Part shown: positions 38,156 through 49,821 of the stretch, piece after piece
How positions within the stretch are numbered: the first letter of the stretch is position 1
Layout of the letters: the number at the start of each line of letters is the position of its first letter
NCBI RefSeq assembly: GCF_004010195.1
Contig: NC_057711.1
Span: 72,505,175-72,569,174 of the forward strand
Source of the DNA: Chiloscyllium plagiosum
Lineage: Eukaryota
Length of the DNA: 64,000 bases
Direction: 5' to 3'
Notes under the pieces: generated by a model
Databases searched by the model: none
Told to the model about the DNA's origin: nothing
The model's input: only the letters and a program-made list of their open reading frames with translations
Translations under genes and position numbers: made by a program

Positions 38156-38494
38156 ATAGGAGAAAGTGAGGACTGCAGATGCTGGAGATCAGAGCTGAAA
38201 AATGTGTTGCTGGAAAAGTGCAGCAGGTCAGGTAGCATCCAAGGAGCAGAAGAATCAACGTTTCAGGCATTTGTATGCATGTGCTAAGTGTCTGTGCTGT
38301 GGTATGAAGTCCTGAAGGGCTGAAATGATGTGAGAGTTTTCAAAAGCAGCGATCCCAATGTGGTGAGGCTGTTACTGACTTGTGAAGGCAAAGGGTGGAT
38401 GAGGCTGAAGAAGGGCTTATGCCCGAAACGTCGATTCTCCTGCTCCTTGGATGCTGTCTGACCTGCTGCGCTTTTCCAGCAACACATTTTTCAG
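38156..38494. mobile_element. Penelope mini-insertion: inverted pseudo-LTR arms enclosing 141 bp of captured DNA
   Basis: 14-bp TSD ccatgatcagtcaa (38142-38155 / 38495-38508); the internal 38267-38407 matches 37081-37223. Confidence 0.9.
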
Positions 38495-38750
38495 CCATGA
38501 TCAGTCAAGTACTTGGTTCTGCCCATGTTTGGGGATCCATGACTGAGTATTAGGACCTCTAGAAAGGACATATTAAGAATTTTGTAAAGGGGCTTTACTA
38601 AAAGAGGATGAGGCTGAAAGATCATAGGGGCCACAGGGACAACAACAGAAGAGGGAACATGAAGATATGCAGAGATTCTTGGACCACAGGCAGAGCCTGC
38701 AAGTCATTCGCAGTGTGATAAAGTTGGAAACTTGCCATATGAGATCAGAA

Positions 38751-38862
38751 AGGTAAAAACAATGTATTCCTGATGAAGGGCTTTTGCCCGAAACGTCGAT
38801 TTTACTGCTCCTCGGATACTGCCTGAACTGCCGCGCTTTTCCAGCACCACTAATCCAGAATG
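38751..38862 (+). mobile_element. 112-bp Penelope mini-insertion
   Basis: TSD tgagatcagaa (38740-38750 / 38863-38873); short inverted end aggtaaaaacaatg followed by pseudo-LTR. Confidence 0.85.
38766..38801 (+). ncRNA. Minimal hammerhead ribozyme motif, best-preserved copy
   Basis: AUUC-CUGAUGA-A-GGGC(UUUU)GCCC-GAAAC-GUC-GAUU; predicted cleavage after 38797. Confidence 0.65.
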
Positions 38863-39497
38863 TGAGATCAGAAGTCAACTGTGCCACAACTTCACCAAAT
38901 GGCTGGGAGCACATACAAAGTGAGTGAAGTAAATTACCATGGTTTTTTTCTACAGTGTGTAATTTTGGATTTTAAGGCAATTTCTGAGACCATGCATCCA
39001 CAGGTTTGTGATGCCAACCAGCTGGCTTTAAGGTGCATTGTATTGGCAGATCATTCATTGTCCAAGAACTCGGATTAAATATTGGAAGATTTGGATTGAA
39101 ATGCAATCATGAACAAATTTCCTTCCTTGTCTTTCATAGTCATGTGGCCTCTTCATGAGACACACATACTGCAGGCAGTCATCCTAAGAGCGCTTCAAGA
39201 AGGGCATCAAATTGACCAGATTGTTTGAACACAGAACAATGACCTCAAGATAGCATGAGCATTACATTGGAGCTGAATGCCTCTGGTGCTGACCTGTGTG
39301 CAGAGGTTTGCTTGGTGCTGCCAATGCTTGCATGAAAGCAGAGAGGAATTAATTGTAGCAGATGCACAAGAACCTCTGCATCTTAAGAATGTGTTAATAC
39401 TAATGTTAATGGAGAGCAATTCAGTACAGCCCAGTACAATGAAGCTGACTGGGTTGGTTGGTCACTGATGTTTCTCCATCCCACTTGAGTGGTCTCC

Positions 39498-42412
39498 ATC
39501 CCAACCCAATCTAGTCCCACCTGCCACCACCCGGCCCATATCCCTCCAAATCCTTCCTATTCACCTACCCATTCAAATTTGTACCAGCCTTCACCACATC
39601 CTCTGGCAGCTCATTCCATACATGTACCACCCTCTGCGTGAAAATGTTCCCCCTTAGGTCTCTTTTATATCTTTCCCCTCTCACCCTAAACCTATACCCT
39701 CTAGTTCTGGACTCCCCGATCCCAGGGAAAAGACTTTGCCTTTTTATCCTATTCATGCCCCTTATAATTTGTAAACTTCTTTAAGGTCACCCCTCAGCCT
39801 TCGACGCTCCAGGGAAAACAGCCCCAGCCTGTTCAGCCTCTCCCTGTAGCTCAAATCTTCCAACCCTGGCAACATCCTTGTAAATCTTTTCTGAACACTT
39901 TCAAGTTTCACAACATCTTTCTGATAGGAAGGAGACCAGAATTGCATGCAATATTCCAACAGTGGCCTAACCAATGTCTGGTACAGCCACAACATGACCT
40001 CCCAACTCCTGTACTCAATACTCTGACCAATAAAGGAAAGCATACCAAACGCCTTCTTCACTATCCTATCTACCTGTGACTCCACTTTCAAGGAGCTATG
40101 AACCTGCACTCCAAGGTCTCTTTGTTCAGCAACACTCCCTAGAACCTTATCATTAAGTGTATAAGTCCTGCTAAGATTTGCTTTCCCAAAATGCAGCACC
40201 TCGCATTTATCTGAACTACCTTTGAGCCAGTTCTGTATCCAAATCGCTAGTTCTCCCTGTATTCCATGAGATCTAACCTTGCTAGTCAGTCTCCCATGTG
40301 GAACCTTGTCGAACACCTTACTGAAGTCCATATAGATCACATCTACTGCTCTGCCCTCATCAATCTTCTTTGTTACTTCATCAAAAAACTCAATCAAGTT
40401 TGTGAGACATGATTTCCCACGCACAAAGCCATGTTGACTATCCTGAATCAGTCCTTGCCTTTCCAAATACATGTACATCCTGTCCCTCAGGATTCCCTCC
40501 AACAACTTGCGCACCACCCAGTTCAGGCTCACTGGTCTATAGTTCCCTGGCTTGTCCTTACCATCCTTCTTAAACAGTGGTATCATGTTTGCCAACCTCC
40601 AGTCTTCCGGCACCTCACCTGTGCCTATCGATGATACAAATATCTCAGCAACAGGCCCAGCAATCACTTCTCTAGCTTCCCACAGAGTTCTCAGGTACAC
40701 CTAATCAGGTCCTGGGGATGTATCCCCCTTTAACCGTTTCAAGACATCCAGCACTTCCTCCTCTGTAATCTGGACATTTTGCAAGATGTCACCATCTATT
40801 TTCCTACAGTCTATATCTTCCATATCCTTTTCCACAGTATATACTGATGCAAAATATTCATTTATATCTCCCCCATTTTCTGTGGCTCCACACAAAGGCC
40901 GCCTTGCTGATCTTTGAGGGGCCCTATTCTCACCCAAGTTACCCTTTTGTCCTTAATATATTTGAAAACTCCTTTGGATTCTCCTTAATTCTATTTGCCA
41001 AAGCTATCTCATGTCCCCATTTTGCCCTCCTGATTTCCCTCTTAAATATACTCCTACTTTCTTTATACTCTTCTAAGGATCCACTCGATGTTTACTGTCT
41101 GTACCTGACATATGCTTCCTTCTCTTTCTTAACTAAACCCTTAATTTCTTTAGTCATCCAGCATTCCCTATAGCTACCAGCCTTCCCTTTCACCCTGACA
41201 GGAATATACTTTCTCTGGATTCTTGTTATCTAATTTCTGAAGGCTTCCCATTTTCCAGCTGTCCCTTTACCTGCGAACATCTGCCTCCAATCAGCTTTTG
41301 AAAGTTCTTGCCTAATACCGTCAAAATAGGCCTTTCTCCAATTTAGAACTTCAACTTTTAGATCTGGTCTATCCTTTTCCATCACTATTTTAAAATGAAT
41401 AGAATCATGGTCGCTGGCCCCAAAGTGCTCCCCCACTGACACCTCAGTCACCTGCCCTGCCTTATTTCCCAAGAGTAGGTCAAGTTTTGCAACTTCTCCA
41501 GTAGGTACATCCACATACTGAATCAGAAAATTGTCTTGTACACACTTAAGAAATTCCTCTCCATCTAAACCTTTAACACTATGGCAGTCCCAGTCAACGT
41601 TTGGAAAGTTAAAATCCCCTACCATAACCACCCTATTATTCTTACAGATAGCTGAGATCTCCTTACAAGTTTGTTTCTCAATTTCCCTCTGAGTATTGGG
41701 GGGTCTAAAATACAATCCCAATAAGGTGATCATCCCTTTCTTATTTCTCAGTTCCATCCAAATAACTTCCCTGGATGTATTTCCGGGAATATCCTCCCTT
41801 AGCACAGCTGTAATGCTATCCTAAATCAAAAATGCCACACACCCTCCTCTTTTGCCTCCCTTTCTATCCTTCCTGTAGCATTTGTATCCTGGAATATTTA
41901 CTGCCAGTCCTTCCCATCCCTGAGCCATGTTTCTGTAATTGCTATGATATCCCAGTCCTATGTTCCTAACCATGCGCTGAGTTCATCTGCCTTCCCTGTT
42001 AGGCCCCTTGCATTGAAATAAATGCAGTTTAATTTATTAGTCCTACCTTGTTCCTGCCTGCCCTGACTGTTTGACTCACTTCTGTTCTCAGCTGTACCTG
42101 TCTCAGATTGATCTCTTTCCTCACTATCTGCCTGGGTCCCACCTTACTAGTTTAAATCCTCCCAAGCAGTTCTAGCAAATTTCCCTGCCAGTATATTAGT
42201 CCCCTTCTAATTTAGGTACAATCCGTCCTTCTTGTGCAGGTCACTTCTACCCCAAAAAAGATTGCAATGATCCAAAAATGTGAATCCTTCTCCCATACAC
42301 CAGCTCCTCAGCCGTGCATTCATCTGCTCTATCCTTCTATTCCCGTCCTCACTAGCTCGTAGCACTGGGAGTAATCCAGATATTACTACTCTTGAGGACA
42401 TCTTTTTGTAAT
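39498..42412 (-). mobile_element. Long HER1/CR1 LINE: ORF1 esterase C-terminus, APE endonuclease, RT with internal deletion, 3' end
   Basis: RVVISGLLPV..FLDH..KDGLYLN (SGNH-type ORF1); GDFNFPNVDW, LDLLLGN, SDH (APE); NYRPVSL..QHGF..DFSKVFDKV; the PQG/FADD segment is deleted at about 40215. Confidence 0.95.
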
Positions 42413-42414
42413 TT

Positions 42415-42545
42415 TTCATTCATGGGATGTGAACATTGCTGGCTGGGCAACATTTATTGCCTGCCCCCTAGATGCCTTTGAGAATGTGGCGTGAGCTCCT
42501 TTCTTGAAAGCTGCAGGCTCATGTCATGTAGCTAAGCCTCAGTAC
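42415..42545 (-). mobile_element. LINE 3' tail (same family as 3245-3790)
   Basis: ttcattcatgggatgtg..ggcaacatttattgcctgccc. Confidence 0.65.
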
Positions 42546-42939
42546 TGCTAGAGAAATTGGAGTAAGGGGCCTGATGTCTGCCATTACCCTTCCTCCCCTT
42601 CCTCTGCTGTCAGGCATGACTTTCTCAGCCTGGTGATGAGCTAATTTCTTCTGCCATGAAGCAGAGGGAGGGATTGAGTCTGATGGAAGTCGATGACTGA
42701 GCAGTTAGTGGTGATCTACAAGCAAGAGAGATGGTGAGGTGTTTCCATTGAATGTGAAGGAAGGGCAGGGAACAGATAAGGATAAAATTTTGGAAAATGA
42801 GATGGTTGGCTCCTTTTAAATGGACATCATGTATACAGCATTGGGAGCTGTAGTCCATAAGTCTTGGTAAGATATGTATAATGTATCGGAGGTGGAGCAG
42901 TGGTTATCCTGTGAGTGTGAGGTAAAGGTTTGTTGCCTC

Positions 42940-45188
42940 GGATGGTTTGTCGCCTCCCGGGTGCCAGGGTCCGAGACGTCTCGGACCGTGTCTTCAGAAT
43001 CCTTAAGGGGGAGGGTTGCAGCCAGAAGTCATGGTGCACATTGGCACCAATGACATAGGTAGGAAGAGGGGTGGGGAGGTCATTCAGGAGCTCAGGGAGT
43101 TAGGCTGGAAGCTAAAAGCTAGGGCAGACAGAGTGGTCATCTCTGGGTTGTTGCCAGTGCCACGTGACAGTGAGGCAAGGAATAGGGAGAGAGTGCAGTT
43201 GAACACGTGACTGCAAAGGATGATGTAGGAGGGAAGGCTTCAGGTATTTGGACAAAAGGACTGCATTCTGGGGAAGGTGGGACCTGTACAAGCAGGACGG
43301 GTTGCACCTGAACCAGAAGGGCACCAATATCCTGGGAGCTAGGCTTGCTAGCACTCTTCGAGGGGGGTTTAAACTAATTTGGCAGGGGGATGGGATCCAG
43401 ACTTGTAGTCCAGCAAGTAGGTTAGCTGTTTTTCAGGATGTCCAAGAATGTAGGGAGGCTGTGGAGAAGGTAGCACTGACAGGGAATACTTGCGGACACA
43501 GAGATGGGCTCAAGTGTGTATACTTCAACGCAAGGAGTATCAGAAATAAGGTGGGTGAACTTAAGACGTGGATCGGTACATGGGACTATGATGTTGTGGC
43601 CATCACGGAAACGTGGATAGAAGAGGGAGAGGAATGGTTGTTGGAGGTTCCTGGTTACAGATGCTTCAATAAGATTAGGGAGGGTGGTAAAAAAGGATTT
43701 CAACTTCCCAAATATTGATTGGAAGCTCTTTAGATCAAGTAGATTGGACGGGGTGGTGTTTGTGCAGTGTGTCCAGGAAGCTTTTCTAACTCAGTGTGTA
43801 GATTGTCCGACCAGAGGGGAGGCCATATTGGATTTGGTACTTGGTAACGAACCGGGATAAGTGATGGGCTTAGGACAGGAATTGTGGGTGAGCATTTTGG
43901 TGATGGTCACAATTCTGTGACTTTCACCTTGGTTATGCAGAGAGATGTTTCAATCTGGGTTGTAGCTAGACCCTTTAGAAAAGGTGGTGATGTTGGTTGA
44001 GGACATGGAGATTATTTGCTGAATGGTAATAGGTAGATGGACTCCAGTGATGTGAAGAAATGGGGATTGGCCAGAAGAGAGAGGGAATGCTGTAACAGGG
44101 CAGGTTTTACAATTGGGGGAAGGGTAAATACGATGCTGCAAGACAGGATCTGAGGAGCATAAATTGGGAGCACAGGCTGTCAGGGAAGGATGTCGTTGAA
44201 ATGTGGGACTTTTTTCAAGGAACAGATACGACGTGTCCTTGTTATGTATGTACCTGTCAGGCAGGAAAGAGATGGTCGTGTGAGGGAACCTTGGTTGACA
44301 AGGGAGGTTGAATGTCTTGTAAGGAGGAAGAAGGAGGCTTACATAAGGTTGAGGAAACAAGATTCAGACAGAACGTTGGAGGGATACAGGATAGCCAGAA
44401 GGGAGCTGAAGAAAGGGATTAGAAGAGCTAAGAGAGGGCATGAAAAATCTTTGGCGGGTAGGATCAAGGATAACCCCAAGGCCTTTTGTGCGTATGTGAG
44501 AAACATGAGAATGACGAGAACGAGGGTAGGTCCGATCAAGGACAGTAGTGGGAGACTGTGTATTGAGTCGGAAGGAATAGGAGAATTCTTGAATGAGTAC
44601 TTTTCTTCAGTATATACAAATGAGAGGGACCGTATTGTTGAAGAGGAGAGTATGAAACGGACTGGTAAGCTAGAGGAGATACATGTTAGGAAGGAAGATG
44701 TGTTGGGCATTTTGAAAAACTTGAGGATAGACAAGTCCCCCTGGCCTGACGGGATATATCCTAGGATTATGTGGGAAGCAAGAGAGGAAATTGCAGAACC
44801 GTTGGCAATGATCTTTTCATCTTCACTGTCAATGGGGGCGGTGCCAGGGGACTGGAGAGTGGCGAATGTTGTGCCCCTGTTCAAAAAAGGGAATAGGGAT
44901 AACCCCGGGAATTACAGGCCAGTTAGTCTTACTTCGGTGGTAGGCAAAGTAATGGAATGGGTAGTGAGGGATAGGATTTATGAGTATCTTGAAAGACACT
45001 GCTTGATTAGGGACAGCCAGCACGGATTTGTGAGGGATAGGTCTTGCCTTACAAGTCTTATTGAATTCTTTGAGGAGGTGAGTACATGGATAGGTGCTTA
45101 AGCTAGGACAAATGTTCGGCACAACATAGTGGGCCGAAGGGCGCGTTCTGTGCTGTATTGTTCTAATCTAATCTAATCTAAAAAAAAA
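42940..45188 (+). mobile_element. CR1 LINE of a second subfamily: ORF1 esterase, APE, partial RT, deletion to 3' tail
   Basis: LPGARVRDV..VHIGTNDIG..DGLHLN; CVYFNARSIRNK..AITETW; NYRPVSLTSVVGK..EFFEEV, then a jump at about 45081 to gggccgaaggg..(taatc)n tail. Confidence 0.93.
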
Positions 45189-45211
45189 GGAAGGGAAACA
45201 GTGGCACTTGC

Positions 45212-45438
45212 CCTTAAGAAGTACAGAAGAGTTTTGACCTTCTTCCTTCATCGTTGGGCGTCCTGCTTCACTTAAGACACGATGCCAATCCTGACTGCAA
45301 TCTGCGTCTAGGATGCCTACGCCTGGTGATGCAGTATGCTGCTAAAAGGATGAGTCTCCTCTTCACCACCTTGTCCACCAAGACCTCCAGCAACCTGCCC
45401 ATGAAGCAGGGAGTGAGCTTTTCTTTCCCCTCAGTCAT
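45212..45438 (-). pseudogene. Harbinger Myb/SANT ORF first exon remnant
   Basis: MTEGKEKLTPCFMGRLLEVLVDKVVKRRLIL..QR*RKKV, ending AGG|GCAAGT. Confidence 0.7.
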
Positions 45439-46439
45439 ATGTTTGGTCATAATGGTCAAGCATTGCAGTGTGAGGGCTCCTGACTTGTAGCACCTGATAT
45501 GGTGTTCAGTTTGACATTAAATATGACACCATTTGCAGAAAGTTCTGGCAGTGGCAAACATATTCCTTGAGAGAAAAGTCACTCCCAGCCATGGTGGGTC
45601 AGATGGCATGAATCTCCCTTGAAATAAGACTTTAACTGAATATGGGAATGCTCCTCACCAGATTATCAAATTCCTGCAGAAATCACTCTTTAATGTGAAT
45701 CATTATGTTGATTTATAAAGTGTGTGCTATGATTACATCTCCAATCCTAAAAGATCATTTTGGCAGCATACTGTTTACACTTTATTCTATTAATTAATTC
45801 TCCCTGTTTCATGTTCCCTTTCATACTGCATCCAAGAGATGCTTAGTGCTGCAAGAGACCAGCACAAATCTATCCAAGGGGCTATATTTTCCACCCTAGT
45901 GATAATTCTAACAAAAAATATCACAGGGGTGAAAAGGGGGTACAGTAAAGTTGGAAAGCCCGAAAAGAATGCATGCGAATGTTTATCAATTCCTGTCCTA
46001 GTCATTCCTATTCAAAAATGAGTTCAGCAAATTAGCAAATAATGAAAAGACTTCTTATTTTTTGAATGAAAGTACAGCAAATATGTTAGATTTAAGCACA
46101 AGAGCTTTGAGCTCCTTTTGAGAGGAGAGGCTGTCTGTGTTGAATAAATAACAGTTCAGGAGAGACATTATTGAGATTGTCAGTGTTCTAAAAGAATGGA
46201 TAGATATAACATAACTATTTCAGCGCTGAATAGGAAGTGTGCATGGTTAATCTAAATTGAACTATTTTAGGGAAAGAGGTATGAGTGTAAGGAATACAAT
46301 GTGTGGAGACAGTGTAGTGAATGGTGTTAACAAATAATCATTGGCACAAGCAACAGTTAAGGGTTATAGAAATTGAAGCAGTGCAAGGATTCGATTTACA
46401 TTTGTGGGATCAGTCAGCCAGGTTATATAGTCTCTTCAT

Positions 46440-46910
46440 ACTCTGTACACTCCAGTGTTTAAGCTCAGCAAAGAAGCTGTATTCTGATGTTGTCATCTAA
46501 TTCATGAACACGTAAGGAGGATCATCTTTTTGTCAAGAAGTAGAGAAAGCCATTTCTTCAATCCACTTTTATGCTGTGGAATATTACAGGAAACGACAGC
46601 TTTGTCCTGCACTGTATGTTAAGAAGGAAACTAAGGTTTTACTTCACCGTGCAATCCATTCTTGTCTTGTCCTGATCACCAGCAGTCGTAACAACTATGT
46701 ATGTGCATTTTATTGGCTTCTTCAGGCCTCAGGAATGTCCTTATGCAACCATCTGTGCACCTACCAACAATACTGCGAAGCACCTAAATATGAAGGGCTA
46801 CTATTCCACCAATGCAAAAATGGATTGACCCTCCAATCAAAACATGTTGAACTTTTCTCGAGGAGTACAGATAATAGTTCTATGGTAATCAACTGTGGCA
46901 CAGATCATTG
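46440..46910 (+). pseudogene. Very decayed Harbinger transposase
   Basis: FKLSKEAVF*CCHLI, LNMKGYYSTNAKM and FSRSTDNS correspond to HARBI1-type FRLSK, NRKGY.S.NVQ and PGS.HDS. Confidence 0.55.
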
Positions 46911-47029
46911 TTGAACAAACATTGATACTGTTTTTCAATTCAAAATAGCAAAAGACCTCACAGTATGAATCCTAGAGTGTAAAGGAAATCAGGGAAGATT
47001 GTGCTGAACGTACAATAGTCAATGTAATA

Positions 47030-47620
47030 TTGCTCCTCAAGAAGGCAGACAAGATAATTACAAATCAGAAAATCTAGAATTGGTACAAGGAATGTTTCTT
47101 GAACTTTGGTAAAATTAATTATAACTTTATTAAGGACAATAACCATTGTAAATGAAAAGTTATGTCTGCTAAGTCTGATCACATTCTTTATAAAGTTGCA
47201 GAATCGATTAAATAAATGAAATGCTGGGACTATTAAAAACATGAGCTTTCCCGTTGTATTAGATAAGGTGTTGCATAGGGATATTAGATGAAATGAAGGT
47301 GTTACACTTATGAAGATATGGCAGCATGGGCAGGAAACAGAATAAAAAACAATGACAAAAAGACCTGAGAAATGTAAATAGCAACATCACCAGGCATTCG
47401 CAGGACCATTGTTGTCAATGTGCATCAATAACCGAGACTGGGGTGGTGATATGTCACCAAAATTTGCAGACTTCACAAAAATAAATGTTTTAATTCTGAA
47501 GAAGATTTCAAGAAACACGATCAGATTAGTAGATTAAGGTGGCTGCTGCATTTCAGTTTGAATAAATGTGTAGTATTACAATTTAAAAGAATCAGAGATA
47601 AATTAAACACTCAGTGGCCA
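47030..47620 (+). mobile_element. Ancient CR1-like RT remnant
   Basis: aaatttgcagacttcacaaaa (KFAD..K) and aataaatgtgtagtatta (KCVVL) at CR1-like spacing. Confidence 0.45.
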
Positions 47621-49373
47621 AACTTTAAAAGAAGAAGAAAACACAGGTTTAAGTGGTTCACTAAATGCATCTCGAAATGAATGGAAAAGCACAGGGCTTT
47701 CTTACAAATGTCTAGTCCTGCTCAATCCATTTTCCTTTACGCACATGATTTAATAAATTCAAGTTTAGGACCATCAAGTCTGCCCAGTTATTAAGCTGCA
47801 GAGAAAAAGCATCCGTTCTCAAAAGATACAAAGCAATACTGACGCAGACAGAACTCATCCTGGATATAAAGCGGCTGGAAATATACTATAATGGACAAAG
47901 AGCACACGTTCAACTGGTATTTCTGTGTACTTAGTATCCCTGTTTTGCTGCAAGTTACCATCTTACTCTATCAAAAAGGTGCTGTAAGAATTATAATTCA
48001 CTAGTCTATGAAAGGCATTTTTGCACCTGGCCTCAACAATTTGTCAAATATATTGAACAATGTTTAACACATTAATATATTGCCATCTATGCTCATTCAT
48101 TAGTAATATAAATGCTTATTCTGGGTTTTGCTGCATGGTTGATTCTTTTGTAATGTGCCAGCAATGAAATTCCATTGGTCGAAGCGACCCAGTTCAAAAT
48201 GATGTTTGCCCATTGTCACTGATATTGCTTGAGTATGGCCAGGTGGACCCCACCAGATGTTCACTACTTAGATCATCCTACCTTCAACAGGGCAGAAAGA
48301 GAAGCACAGCTGTGGACTTGGTTGCCAATGTCCTGTTGTACAACAGAAGACAGGATCTTTCTAACCTTAAAGTCCTAGAGACCCTCTCCAAAACAAAAAA
48401 AAGGGCCACTTAACATGTTGGCAATCCTCAATTCCCGATTCAAGCTTCTTCTACTTGAGAATGGTTTAAGCGCAGTGCCCGCAACAAACTACTTAGATTG
48501 CTTTTGTCATGTACTAATATTAAGTGCTTTGTTTTATTTGCCCAGGATCACATTATTTGCATGTGGCTGTATGTACTTTCCTATCCTCCAAGTGATTGTT
48601 TACAAGCTTTTGTGCATTTAAAAATGTTAAGTATTATTTTTCTCCTCACACACTTGCCCTGGACCTTAACTAAACTGATGCCTCACTCACTTGATTCAAT
48701 ATATACAAAATTGTATGTGGAATGGAGATAACGTAGTAATTATAAAAATAGAACTTAACTCAGTTTCTATCTCATTACCGGCCTGATGTTTCTTAGTTGA
48801 GTTGATAAGATTTCCGGGGCGAGAGTTTTCAAAGCTGTGAAAGATATTTAGTTGATCTGCCTGGAGGTGGATGTCTCAAGTGATTTGAAAGTGGAACAGA
48901 TTAGTTACTTGGCTGCCTGGCTGTCTACTTGGCAATTTTTTACAGGACTCTCTCTTTCCGTCACTCTGTAATGGAACTCCTGTCTTAAAGCCCTCATAGC
49001 TTATTACCATGTCAATACCAGAATTATGGATGTGAGAATTTCTAGGGGTCAGAACTTTAAGCAGAGGTGCTTGAACAGTCAGGAATGAATTCATATTTGC
49101 ATGCAATGGAAGTGCTCACCTGATTTTATAGCTCTGAGACTGTCAATTGCCTCAGACCATGGTTTCCACCTCCACCTAGAAGGAAGTCTGGTCACTGAGG
49201 ATTACTGGCTAATCATATGATTAATGGTTTATCAGTTCAAGTAGTATGTTTGAGGGTGACTGAGTGAAAATGCTTCAGGTAATAGTGAGAATGGTGGAAC
49301 ATGAGTTTTGGTGAGAGGTGAGGCAGAAATAGGGTGAGTGTGAAGTAACAGAGAAGAAAATGATGGCACTTGC

Positions 49374-49590
49374 CTTGGTGGAGAGGTCATTATCCTCCTT
49401 CCCGCGCTGCTGGGTATTTCTTTGTACTATGGAAAGCACGCTGACCAAGATGATAACCTCAGGCTTATCTGGCAGGGTCTTGTATTGTAGCCTCCTCTCC
49501 TGGTGCTGAGAGAGGAGGGTTTACCAGGATTTACCAGGACTTCCTGCATCCTTTCCTCAAAACATGGACCAATTTTGCCTTGTCTGCCAC
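49374..49590 (-). pseudogene. Harbinger Myb/SANT ORF first exon remnant
   Basis: VADKAKL..QERRLQYKTLP..EV..LVSVLSIVQRNTQQRGKEDND, ending AAG|GCAAGT. Confidence 0.6.
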
Positions 49591-49821
49591 ATCTGGCTCA
49601 AGTGTCACCAATAGTGATGGCCTTTCAAATACCGCACTAACACTAGGGATATAGAAATATCCTGGCAGTGGCAAATACTTCCACCTACAGCAGGTAGGAG
49701 AATTGGGATAGCCTTGGATGAGATGCGTGCCAAAGGAACACAGTATATAGTTAATGAGATGAGTTTGGGATGATACTGTGAGAAGGCCTTGCATAGAGAG
49801 ACCCTTCAAGAAACTTGAAGA

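Noticed and set aside
39762..40700. 312-aa ORF as a functional gene
   Set aside because: CR1 ORF2 fragment lacking the RT catalytic motif
44190..45101. 303-aa ORF as a functional gene
   Set aside because: Truncated CR1 ORF2 within a frameshifted element
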